Shown here piece after piece: positions 9,242-17,351 of a stretch of DNA of 32,000 bases. The translations under genes and the position numbers were made by a program. The notes beneath the pieces were generated by a model. That model was given only the letters and a program-made list of their open reading frames with translations, searched no databases and was not told the origin of the DNA. Within the stretch, counting starts at the first letter, position 1; each line of letters starts with the position of its first letter. Origin of the DNA: Candidatus Saccharimonadota bacterium (GTDB taxonomy: Archaea > Nanohalarchaeota > Nanosalinia > Nanosalinales > Nanosalinaceae); the NCBI GenBank assembly GCA_001761425.1, contig CP012986.1:750001-782000 (forward strand), read 5' to 3'.

Positions 9242-9997
9242 TCAACTTTCATCCCTGTACTCTCTGAATACCTGATCTTCGACGTTTTTTATATGTTTCA
9301 GGGCTTCTCTGTAAGTCTCTGCATCTGGATCGATTAGGTCCTGGAGATTTTTATCGCCTTTGTACCTTTTGGCAGCCTCTTTTGCGAGAACAGAGTTTCT
9401 GTTATCTCTGTAGTCGTCTGCTTTCCCGCAGAGGTCATCTCTGACTTCATTGTCTTCAATAGCCTCTAGATAGCCTATCTCCTGGTTCAGGTCAAGTTTT
9501 TCGTCAGGTAAGAACTCTTCGTATTTCTGCCTGGCCTCTTCGTATGCCTTCCTTGAATCAGCAAGCTCTCTCAGCTCTAACTCTGTGGTATTCAGCTCCT
9601 CGAATTTTGACTCGGCTTTTCTCGCGACGAACTCTTCGTAAAGGATCTGATCCCACGGATCTCCGTCAGGCAACTCCGCATCAGAACCTGATTGCATCAA
9701 GATACCGTGAACGGATTCATGCGCCAGGCTGGAAAGCGGAGCATCCCTGAAGGCCTCAAGAACCACCTCACCGTTTTCCGTTCCGGCAGCAGCATGAGTT
9801 CCACCGCCGACAGTGTTAGAGTTCTCACCTCTCACATATCTATCAAAGGCCTCGTCCAGAGAAAAGCCCAGCTCTCTTTCAATCTCTCTGAGGCCTCTAT
9901 CGGAAGCCTCTAGTTCGGATGTAACAGGGCCTCTTTCTGTCTTCTGTTCAAATTCCTGTTCTTCTCTGTCGTAGTTTTCCCAGATTCCGGCACTCAT
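9242..9997 (-). CDS. hypothetical protein with an HExxH motif (putative zinc metallopeptidase-like)
   Basis: 251 aa. LAHESVHGIL contains HExxH after a Gly-rich segment (VGGGTHAAAGTENG). The rest is predicted helical and acidic. Confidence 0.6.
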   Translation of the reverse strand: MSAGIWENYDREEQEFEQKTERGPVTSELEASDRGLREIERELGFSLDEAFDRYVRGENSNTVGGGTHAAAGTENGEVVLEAFRDAPLSSLAHESVHGILMQSGSDAELPDGDPWDQILYEEFVARKAESKFEELNTTELELRELADSRKAYEEARQKYEEFLPDEKLDLNQEIGYLEAIEDNEVRDDLCGKADDYRDNRNSVLAKEAAKRYKGDKNLQDLIDPDAETYREALKHIKNVEDQVFREYRDES

Positions 9998-10036
9998 GTT
10001 TGTTACTTTCTCATGACAACGTAAAAGGTTTTTGGT

Positions 10037-10047
10037 TTATTTTTTAA
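10037..10047 (+). promoter_or_regulatory. TATA-like A/T box (TTTATTTTTTA) upstream of the zinc-finger micro-ORF
   Basis: Lies 24-34 nt upstream of the ATG at 10071, in the divergent spacer shared with the 9242..9997 gene. Confidence 0.35.
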
Positions 10048-10070
10048 CTCTGAAAGGCGGAAGTTTTTCT

Positions 10071-10238
10071 ATGGATGAAGTACTGGAATGTGGAGCGTGT
10101 GGAGAGGTTTTCTCCAGCGAAGAAACTCTGAGGAAGCATGCGGATTTTCAGCATGGTAACAAGAACGTTGAGATCAAGGATGGAAGAGCCGGTGAAGGCC
10201 TTCTGTCAAAGATTTCAGGTAAGATCAGAGGAGGATAG
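10071..10238 (+). CDS. 55-aa classical C2H2 zinc-finger micro-protein
   Basis: MDEVLECGACGEVFSSEETLRKHADFQH fits C-x2-C-x3-F-x5-L-x2-H-x4-H exactly. I prefer the ATG at 10071 to the ORF-track start at 10032 because of TATA spacing. A hairpin and T7 follow the stop. Confidence 0.6.
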   Translation: MDEVLECGACGEVFSSEETLRKHADFQHGNKNVEIKDGRAGEGLLSKISGKIRGG

Positions 10239-10282
10239 GAGAGAAATTGGAGGAGGGGAAAAGTTTTCCTCTCCGCCAGGCC

Positions 10283-10289
10283 TTTTTTT
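10283..10289 (+). terminator. oligo-T (T7) terminator candidate after the zinc-finger ORF
   Basis: The imperfect palindrome GAGGGGAAAAGTTTTCCTCTC (about 10250-10272) is followed by AGGCCT (10278-10283) running into T7. Confidence 0.45.
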
Positions 10290-10308
10290 CTTGTAGTTTC
10301 TTCTTTTT

Positions 10309-11580
10309 TTATCTTGGAAGGTTCCACATGAATGTTTTTGCCATTTGTTCGAGCTTGGAGCTTTCTCCTCCTGGCATTGCTGACATGAGGCCCATGTGGC
10401 TGACATCGTCTTCGTCTTCTTCCTCGTATTCCTTCCAGTATTTCTGGAGCCTGTTGTGGACCGTTGAGACCTCTTCTTTCCGGTTTTTGACTCCGCAGGT
10501 GTTTCCTACTCCGATGACTGCTACTTCGCCGTCGAACTTTTCTGCGATTTCCTTGACTTTTTCGACAGCTGGTTTGTAGGCCTCGTAGATCTCTTTTTTC
10601 ATAGGTTTGCTTGCTTCTGGTGCTGACTGTTTGATGACTACTCCTTCCAGTGGGACGTCTTGGTTGACTGCTGCTTCCTCGATCTTGGATTTTTCTACTC
10701 CTGGTCCGCCCATCATGACGCCTACTCCTTCGTTTACTGTTCCGGTTTCCTCTCCTTCGAATTTTGAGGCTGCGTCTACTGTGATGATGGCTTCCAGATC
10801 GTTTTCGTCCGCCAGGTCATCAATTGCGTTGCCGTATTTTCCTAGGCGTGCTCCAGGGCCTCTGGATTTGAGGACGTGGACTGTCTGGTCGTTGATCTGT
10901 TCTTCGCTGTGGATTATGTCGTCTGCGACTTCTTCTGGTTCTTGTTCGATAAGTTTTGCAGCTACCAGTGGTCCGATTGCGTCTCCGATCGGTGCTTCAT
11001 CGGTGAATGCTCTTGTTGCTCCTTTCTGGGCTTCTGCGAGTTCTGTGTAGATCGGGATCATCATCTGGGTGATACCGATCAACTGGAAGTTACCTGTCTT
11101 TGTAACGAGTTCTTTGAAATGTCTCATCACTTTGAAGATCTGCTGTGTGCCCATGACTCCTTTGAAAGCCATGTTCAGGTTTGCAAGCTTTTCTTCATCT
11201 TCTGTATCCGCGTTTCTTCTGACAAATCTCTTGAATTTGTCTTCGGAGGCGTCAAGAACGTTTTCCAGTCTGCCGACCATTCCAGCGGGGTCAAGGCCTG
11301 TAGGCTCGGAGATCTGGAAGTTCTTCATGGATCTGAACTTTTCGTTGAAGGCCTCATCTGCGTCTGGATTCAGTTTGTCGAGGAACATTGCTTTGGTATC
11401 GTTGTGGAATGCTTCCAGGTCAAGAAGTGCTGAATCCAGTTTCTTTGTGACCTGCCAGATCATCAGTCGGGGTCCGAAAATTATCAGTGCGGGGAAAATC
11501 AGGAATGATAGAATCATAGCTATTTGATAGATCTGGGTTAGTATACCTCCTCCGTCCGAAGCCATTAAGCCGAATACCAT
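10309..11580 (-). CDS. conserved archaeal membrane-anchored protein, DUF1512-like
   Basis: 423 aa with one N-terminal TM (IYQIAMILSFLIFPALIIFGPRLMIWQ) and a large soluble domain. The architecture and N-terminal pattern match my memory of the archaea-specific DUF1512 family. Needs an HMM check. Confidence 0.6.
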   Translation of the reverse strand: MVFGLMASDGGGILTQIYQIAMILSFLIFPALIIFGPRLMIWQVTKKLDSALLDLEAFHNDTKAMFLDKLNPDADEAFNEKFRSMKNFQISEPTGLDPAGMVGRLENVLDASEDKFKRFVRRNADTEDEEKLANLNMAFKGVMGTQQIFKVMRHFKELVTKTGNFQLIGITQMMIPIYTELAEAQKGATRAFTDEAPIGDAIGPLVAAKLIEQEPEEVADDIIHSEEQINDQTVHVLKSRGPGARLGKYGNAIDDLADENDLEAIITVDAASKFEGEETGTVNEGVGVMMGGPGVEKSKIEEAAVNQDVPLEGVVIKQSAPEASKPMKKEIYEAYKPAVEKVKEIAEKFDGEVAVIGVGNTCGVKNRKEEVSTVHNRLQKYWKEYEEEDEDDVSHMGLMSAMPGGESSKLEQMAKTFMWNLPR

Positions 11581-11667
11581 GTTTCGAAAATAAGTATCTA
11601 CATTTTTAACTCCTCAAGAAAAGCACTCGAAAGTATCTGTAAGAGTAAAACAGTAGATGAAAGGCCT

Positions 11668-12234
11668 TCAGTTCTCGAGATTCTTGATTTCTCCTATCAA
11701 CCTGTCGAATTCTTTGTCTGTGGGGGAAGCTCTCATGATAAGTTCCATGATTTTTCCGTCATTGATGAAACCTTTCAAGGCCTTTTTCTGTTCTTTTCCG
11801 AGGGCCTTGGATTTTCCGTGTGATAGTTCGTGAAGCATTATTGCTGTCGCATGACTCTGGTTCAGAGAGCTGTAGCCAGGGACTTCTATATGTACTACAG
11901 CGTCGCATAGGTTAAGTTCTTCGTTTGAGAGGCCTGAGCTTTCTCTTCCTATCATTAAAGAAGTGTTTTTACGTGGCTGGAACTGTTTGACCGGAAGGCC
12001 TCTGCCTGGTTTGGTACCTATTACCTGTTCAAGGTTTTTCACTGCTTGTTCTGCTGTGTCGTATATTTTTGTGTTCCTGAGTTTTTCCTGTGCGTTTGTG
12101 GCTGTTTTTCTGGCCTCTTCCAGCTGGAACTTTGGTTTGACTATTCTTAGCTCTGCGTCGTAGTTATCTGCTAGTCTTGCGATGAATCCAGTGTTTTCCG
12201 GGATCTCTGGTTCCACGAGTATAAGTGCCTTCAT
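11668..12234 (-). CDS. SPOUT (SpoU/TrmH-TrmJ class) RNA 2'-O-methyltransferase
   Basis: N-terminal EPEIPENTGFIARLADNY. C-terminal knot motifs MIGRESSGLSNEEL and SLNQSHATAIMLHEL. Confidence 0.75.
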   Translation of the reverse strand: MKALILVEPEIPENTGFIARLADNYDAELRIVKPKFQLEEARKTATNAQEKLRNTKIYDTAEQAVKNLEQVIGTKPGRGLPVKQFQPRKNTSLMIGRESSGLSNEELNLCDAVVHIEVPGYSSLNQSHATAIMLHELSHGKSKALGKEQKKALKGFINDGKIMELIMRASPTDKEFDRLIGEIKNLEN

Positions 12235-12283
12235 ACATCTTCTGCCTGTTTACAACTTTTTCAGTAGAGAAACAAAGGGTTTT

Positions 12284-12880
12284 TCAGTTGCCAAATGTGG
12301 TCTGGCCGGCTTCTACAAGGCTGATGTTTCCTTTCAGTTTCAGAGTCTTTTCGTCCGGGTTGGCGGTGATGTTTCCACTGAAGGATTCGATGCTGACAGA
12401 TGTGTTGGTCTCCTGGATTCCGGAGGAAGAGTTTGTAGCTTCAAGGTCGACGTTCGCTCTCCTGAAGTCCATTGCAACTCTTTCAACTCCCATGATATCT
12501 ACCTCTGACGTGTTGAGATCTGTTTCCAGCCTGAAGTTCCTTGCGACCTGTACGCCGTTCGATGTGAATCCTTCAGCCGATCCTGAAACCTTGCTTCCGT
12601 TCCCGATCCTGAGATTTCCTTCAAAGTTTTTGAACTCTATGTCGTTTTCCGACTGGATGTCGACGTCTTCGGAGAGGTACTGTGTGAGGCCTTGGATGGT
12701 CATGTTGCCGTTTGTCTGTACTGTGGCGTTGTCTGTAAGAACTTTTATCTCTGCTGTGACTCCTGTCTCCGGCTCAGGATTTTCCTGTGAGAAGAAATCC
12801 GGTACAAGGCCTCCTGCGTTCATTACTATGAATACTGCTGCCAGAGTGGTGAATACTGCTGCGAGAATTTTCAGGTCCAT
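12284..12880 (-). CDS. secreted or anchored beta-rich glycoprotein candidate (198 aa)
   Basis: N-terminal hydrophobic signal/anchor (ILAAVFTTLAAVFIVMNAGG). Eight N-x-S/T sequons by hand count. Last gene of the envelope operon. The antisense ORF 12225..12911 is rejected on composition. Confidence 0.65.
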   Translation of the reverse strand: MDLKILAAVFTTLAAVFIVMNAGGLVPDFFSQENPEPETGVTAEIKVLTDNATVQTNGNMTIQGLTQYLSEDVDIQSENDIEFKNFEGNLRIGNGSKVSGSAEGFTSNGVQVARNFRLETDLNTSEVDIMGVERVAMDFRRANVDLEATNSSSGIQETNTSVSIESFSGNITANPDEKTLKLKGNISLVEAGQTTFGN

Positions 12881-12916
12881 TGTTTCCAGTTTTGTTGTTT
12901 CTTTGGTATAAAGGTT

Positions 12917-13384
12917 TTATTCATCTTCTTCATCGTCTTTCACGTTGTCCAGTACTACTTCTTTTGTGGACTGTTCATCCTGTCTCTGGTCTTTCTCCTT
13001 TTTCTGTTCGTTTTTCCTCGCCTTTTGATGGTGGCTCCAGAGTTTTTTGAATGGATAGATCAGGGCCTTGGCCAGCTTTATCGGTATCTCTGCCAGTGTG
13101 GTTCCAGCTCTGTAAAGGGATATAGCGAAGCTGTAGACCATGTAGAGTGTGGCTCCGAGGAATGCGAACAGCAGGAGTTCATCTATCTTGAACCCTGTCA
13201 TTGATCCTCCGGAGAACAGGTATGTGAGGCCTGCGTAGAAAGCTCCTGACAGTGCTGCTACCGTCACTGTCTCGAATACTTTTTCCATGATCTTGTATGC
13301 GACGACCAGTACTGCTATCAAGAGGCCTATGAGTATGATGCTTGTCGCGCCTTGAGGCAGTGACTGTACTGCTTCTGGTATCAT
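12917..13384 (-). CDS. small integral membrane protein (155 aa, about 4 TM) with a charged K/E/D-rich tail
   Basis: Hydrophobic spans. The start overlaps the stop of the upstream 950-aa gene by 4 nt (ATGA), implying translational coupling. Confidence 0.7.
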   Translation of the reverse strand: MIPEAVQSLPQGATSIILIGLLIAVLVVAYKIMEKVFETVTVAALSGAFYAGLTYLFSGGSMTGFKIDELLLFAFLGATLYMVYSFAISLYRAGTTLAEIPIKLAKALIYPFKKLWSHHQKARKNEQKKEKDQRQDEQSTKEVVLDNVKDDEEDE

Positions 13385-16233
13385 TCTTCGTCCCCTAGAA
13401 TCCCGTAGAGTGGGTCTCCTTCTTCAGGTATGTAGCTTTCATAAAATACGAATCCTGCGATCCCCAGTACTACAAGGAATATCGCGATCGGGATGATCGG
13501 CAGGCCTCCATCACTGTTTTCCTGGTTGGAACCTGTTCCAGAGTTTTCTGATCCGCCTGAATCAGGGTCATCGGATTCTCCTGTACCTCCTTCATTGCTT
13601 GGAGGATCATCCTGTTCCTGGTCATCGTCCGAACCATCGTCTGAGTTGTCCTGGTTCGAGACCCAGTCCAGTCTGTTCTGTCCTTCCTGGTAAAGATTTT
13701 TCGCAGTCATGTAGTTACCTTCACTCCAGTTCTGTTCAATGTCTTCTACAGAGTCCGAGACCTCACTGAGTGTGCGTGTAAGATTGCTTCCTCTTACAGG
13801 CCTGAGATCCTCGATCCGGCTCTCAAGCTCCGAAGTTTTTGCAGAGTAATTCTCCACAGTAGAAGCGTTAACACTGATAACAGAGCTTACAAGGCCTTCA
13901 GATGTGTTACCGGATATATTTACCTGGCCTTCCTCCGTTGTTATGTTTTCAAATTCAAGGCCTACAGTTTCCGTATCTCCTCCACTGATGTTCAGATCTG
14001 AAACGTTCAGGCCTGTACTGAACTCTGAAGAACTGGCCTCAACGTTTTGAACTTCTATGTTGCCATTGTTCTGGATATCAAGTTCCTGCACTCTGTCGGT
14101 TTCTGACGGGACTGTTCCCAGGTCCAGGTTTGAAGCCGTTACAAGGCCTTTCTCATCGTTTTGTTCAAATGTTGTTTCCAGACTGGTGTTGAAAACTAGG
14201 CTTGAGGACGAGTTATCTGGTTCGAACTCTATGTTTCCTGTGTAGTTTCCTGCTTCGTCAACAGTGTAGTTGATCTGTACCTGGAGTTCGTCTTCAACTG
14301 TGTAGAGATCTCTTACTTCTACGAGGTCTGAAATGTTTCCGGTTACTTCTGTGGTCAGGTTTGTCGCGTTTCCGTCCTCTGCGTTGTTCTGGAAGATCAC
14401 TTCCTCCGTGTAGTTCCCTCTGCTGTCTGCTGTGACGTTGACCCATTTCCCGGTTAAACTGCAGACGTCTCCTGCGCTGAACTGGCAGGATCTTACATCG
14501 ATTCCGAGATCAACAGTCCTGTTATAGCCGGTCTCAGCGTCGGTAAAGTTCACATGTCCTTCAACGGCCTCGAAAGCACTCAGATTGACCGCGACAGTGA
14601 TATTTTCAACCGGATCGGAGATACTCACTGATTCGCTTATATTAACCTGATCGCCAAGGCCTTCAGAGACGTTGGTGTTCAGGGTTATCTCGCTTCCGAC
14701 AAGATTTTCAACAGTCATGTTGAACTCCTCGTATTCTTCCTCTTCTTTCTCAAAAACAGTATCGTTTACAGCAAAGGTCTGCTCAGAACTCGAGACCGAG
14801 AAGCCGGAATCTGCTTCCCTGACCTCTCCGTAGATATCCGAGGCCATTATGTCCAGGTTCCATCTGCCTGTGGAGGCCTGTTCAGGGATCATTATCTCTT
14901 CTTCAAAGGCCATTTCCTGGTCGTCAAAGGTCAGGTTGGAAAGGTTGTAGCTTCCGAACGTATTTGCTTCTGAGTCTGTCACGTTGACTTCAACTGTTTC
15001 GATCCTGGATTCACTCCATGGAGTGAGAGATTTCGGTTTCACAGTCTGGATGGAGAGATCGTAGGCCTGACCCTGTACAGTGCTTCTTGTCCCTGTATGG
15101 ATGACTTCCAGAGGAGTGTAGTCTACAGGGAAGACATCTACGTGATTTCTGTCGTTTCTGGTGACGTTGAACTTTATTGTGATTTCTTTATCGTAGGCTG
15201 ACGTGTTTATATCAGGTATTTCGATCTCGGAGGTGTAGAGGCCTTCCTGGTTCTGGTCCATTGTTTTCTCAAAGTAATTTTCAAGTTCGTTGGATGAACG
15301 GTTTCTCCTGTAGCCTGAGACCGTTACGTTATCGGCTTCTGCGCCTGTGACATTGTAAACTGCTTCAAATGTGGCTCCTGGTTCACATTCTGCTGCCTGA
15401 ATATCCTGTCCGCTTTCAACAGTTTCACATCCCTGGATATTCCTCAAGTCTTGAACCTTGCCTTTAAGCTCTCTTACAGTCTCTATGAATGTGGTAGTAG
15501 CTCCGTAAGAGTTTTCATAATTTTTCGAACGGTTCTGTGCGATTATACTCATCATGTACTCGCTTTCATAGCTTTCAGGGACGGGAACAGAGGCTCTGTA
15601 GAGTTTTTCTGTCTCGTTGTAGGTGAAATCTACTCCGTGCTGAGACTCCGAACTGTTCTTGAAGAATGCGTCGACATCGCTGTCGTTCACGTTCTCGGAA
15701 CTACCTCTCATAGTAACGTTAACTGACATGTTTACCTCATTGCCCGGTACCACCTTGGAAGGAATTTCATCCTGAAGTTCGACCGTATAGTTGCCAATTT
15801 TGACTGAAGCAGTATCGTTCTGCCATCCACCGGAGTCTGTTCCGGTATTTGGATTTCTGTTTCCCTGTGCCTCGAAGAGAATCTCGGCTTTGTTACCGGA
15901 GATGCCGTGTTTGGACTGATCGGCCTCGAACTCCGCATACCAGTAAGCTCCGCTGAAATGCGTCATGTTCTCAGAGGAACCATCAGATTTGTTGTAAGTA
16001 TAGATTACATCAGAAGCATCAGTTATATCCGACGGAAGAATAGGATCGCCCTGTTCATCCGTCAACTCGACGAAAATGATGGAGTTCTGACCCTCTGAAA
16101 AGAATATAGAGCTGCCGTCAGTATTCGTATGATCTGAAACAGTTAAATTCCATTCCGCAGCAGCAGGCGAAACAAGAACAGTCAAAAACACTAGAGTAAG
16201 CAACAGTTTTTTACCAGAACCAATTCCGTTCAT
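13381..16233 (-). CDS. large cell-surface glycoprotein (S-layer/adhesin candidate), 950 aa
   Basis: Sec-type signal peptide (KKLLLTLVFLTVLVSPAAAEW). About 45 N-x-S/T sequons by hand count. Acidic Gly/Ser/Asp-rich linker (SNQDNSDDGSDDDQEQDD...SGTGSNQENSDGG). Single C-terminal TM (LPIIPIAIFLVVLGIAGFVFY) and a short acidic tail. Confidence 0.8.
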   Translation of the reverse strand: MNGIGSGKKLLLTLVFLTVLVSPAAAEWNLTVSDHTNTDGSSIFFSEGQNSIIFVELTDEQGDPILPSDITDASDVIYTYNKSDGSSENMTHFSGAYWYAEFEADQSKHGISGNKAEILFEAQGNRNPNTGTDSGGWQNDTASVKIGNYTVELQDEIPSKVVPGNEVNMSVNVTMRGSSENVNDSDVDAFFKNSSESQHGVDFTYNETEKLYRASVPVPESYESEYMMSIIAQNRSKNYENSYGATTTFIETVRELKGKVQDLRNIQGCETVESGQDIQAAECEPGATFEAVYNVTGAEADNVTVSGYRRNRSSNELENYFEKTMDQNQEGLYTSEIEIPDINTSAYDKEITIKFNVTRNDRNHVDVFPVDYTPLEVIHTGTRSTVQGQAYDLSIQTVKPKSLTPWSESRIETVEVNVTDSEANTFGSYNLSNLTFDDQEMAFEEEIMIPEQASTGRWNLDIMASDIYGEVREADSGFSVSSSEQTFAVNDTVFEKEEEEYEEFNMTVENLVGSEITLNTNVSEGLGDQVNISESVSISDPVENITVAVNLSAFEAVEGHVNFTDAETGYNRTVDLGIDVRSCQFSAGDVCSLTGKWVNVTADSRGNYTEEVIFQNNAEDGNATNLTTEVTGNISDLVEVRDLYTVEDELQVQINYTVDEAGNYTGNIEFEPDNSSSSLVFNTSLETTFEQNDEKGLVTASNLDLGTVPSETDRVQELDIQNNGNIEVQNVEASSSEFSTGLNVSDLNISGGDTETVGLEFENITTEEGQVNISGNTSEGLVSSVISVNASTVENYSAKTSELESRIEDLRPVRGSNLTRTLSEVSDSVEDIEQNWSEGNYMTAKNLYQEGQNRLDWVSNQDNSDDGSDDDQEQDDPPSNEGGTGESDDPDSGGSENSGTGSNQENSDGGLPIIPIAIFLVVLGIAGFVFYESYIPEEGDPLYGILGDEE

Positions 16234-16275
16234 AAATAAATAGTGAAGGCCTTTCCTTAAAAAATCTATTCGAAA

Positions 16276-16803
16276 CTAGTCGAACTTCAAAAGCTTCAGC
16301 TCTTCGAACCAGATGTTTTTCTCCTCAACAAATACAAAGTCGAAACGGTCCAGAGCTTGCAGATCAGCACGTGAACTCACTAGGACGAGTGAATAACCGT
16401 CAGGCCTCAGGTAACCGGAGATGTCTTCAAGGAACTTTTCTGTAACCTCTGTGCCTTTATCGCCGCCCCGCCAGATCTCTTCATCGCCTAGGCCTTCCTC
16501 ACCGGGAAGATAAGGCGGATTGAAGACAACAACGTCAAACTCTTCTTCAATGTTTTTGAAAAGATCGGATTTCAAAAAGTTTATCCGGTTCTCAAGGCCT
16601 TTTTCTCTTGCTTTGTCCTTTGCGTATTCCAGGGCTTCAGGATTGATGTCTACAGCGGTTACTTCGGCTCCTTTCTCTGCAGCTTTGAGTGCTATCTTGC
16701 CGTTGCCTGTTCCCATGTCGAGGAACTTTTTTCCTTCCAGCTCAAGGCCTTTTATGTGTTCAAGTATGAGGTATGTGTCTTCTCCGGGTGTATAGACTGT
16801 CAC
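16276..16803 (-). CDS. HemK/PrmC-Mtq2-type N5-glutamine (NPPY) methyltransferase
   Basis: SAM motif I LDMGTGNGKIAL, acidic loop AVDINP, catalytic VVVFNPPYLP. The GTG start overlaps the pyrG stop by 4 nt (GTGA). Confidence 0.85.
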   Translation of the reverse strand: MTVYTPGEDTYLILEHIKGLELEGKKFLDMGTGNGKIALKAAEKGAEVTAVDINPEALEYAKDKAREKGLENRINFLKSDLFKNIEEEFDVVVFNPPYLPGEEGLGDEEIWRGGDKGTEVTEKFLEDISGYLRPDGYSLVLVSSRADLQALDRFDFVFVEEKNIWFEELKLLKFD

Positions 16804-17351
16804 TGCATCGATGCTTTCAGGAATGAGACATATAGAGGGTTTGGGTCCGCGAATCTTGATGTAAACTCTGGGTGTGCCTGTGTACCGATGTAGTAATCGT
16901 TTTCAGGTAGCTCTATGTACTCTACCAGGTCTTTTTCCTTGTTCTTACCTGAAATTTTGAGGCCTTTGTCTTCGAGCTGTTCTATGTAGTTGTTGTTGAC
17001 TTCGTACCTGTGTCTGTGTCTCTCCGCTACTTCTTTTTTTCCGTAAATTTCTTGGACCTGGCCTTCGACTTCTGCTGTATAGGATCCGAGTCTCATGGTC
17101 CCTCCCATTTCTTCGAGGTCTTTCTGCTCCGGCATCTCGTCGATTACAAGATGTTCCTCGTCTTCAGCGAACTCTGCGGAGGTTGCGTTAAGGCCTAAAA
17201 CGTTTTTGGCGTATTCGATGGTCATGAGCTGTAAACCGTAGCATAGGCCTAGTATTGGGACGTTATTTTCTCTGCAGTATCTTGCTGTCTCTATCTTGCC
17301 TTCTACGCCTCTCTTGCCGAATCCTCCAGGGATTATGACGCCGTCAAGTCC
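16800..17351 (-). CDS. pyrG: CTP synthase, C-terminal glutamine amidotransferase part (frame-shifted fragment)
   Basis: The frame is open from 17351 and reads GLDGVIIPGGFGKRGVEGKIETARYCRENNVPILGLCYGLQLMTIEYAKN...HRHRYEVN...GTQAHPEF. The catalytic Cys (GLCYGLQ) lies upstream of the first Met at 17225. Confidence 0.9.
   Translation of the reverse strand, partial: GLDGVIIPGGFGKRGVEGKIETARYCRENNVPILGLCYGLQLMTIEYAKNVLGLNATSAEFAEDEEHLVIDEMPEQKDLEEMGGTMRLGSYTAEVEGQVQEIYGKKEVAERHRHRYEVNNNYIEQLEDKGLKISGKNKEKDLVEYIELPENDYYIGTQAHPEFTSRFADPNPLYVSFLKASMQ

Noticed and set aside
10607-11527. Three overlapping plus-strand ORFs (147, 185 and 152 aa)
   Set aside because: All are antisense shadows of the DUF1512-like gene and have an implausible Ser/Cys/Phe-rich composition.
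12225-12911. 228-aa plus-strand ORF overlapping the 198-aa minus-strand gene
   Set aside because: Its composition (F/S/R/C-rich, basic) is unlike the acidic proteome. The minus-strand product has a signal anchor, sequons and operon context.
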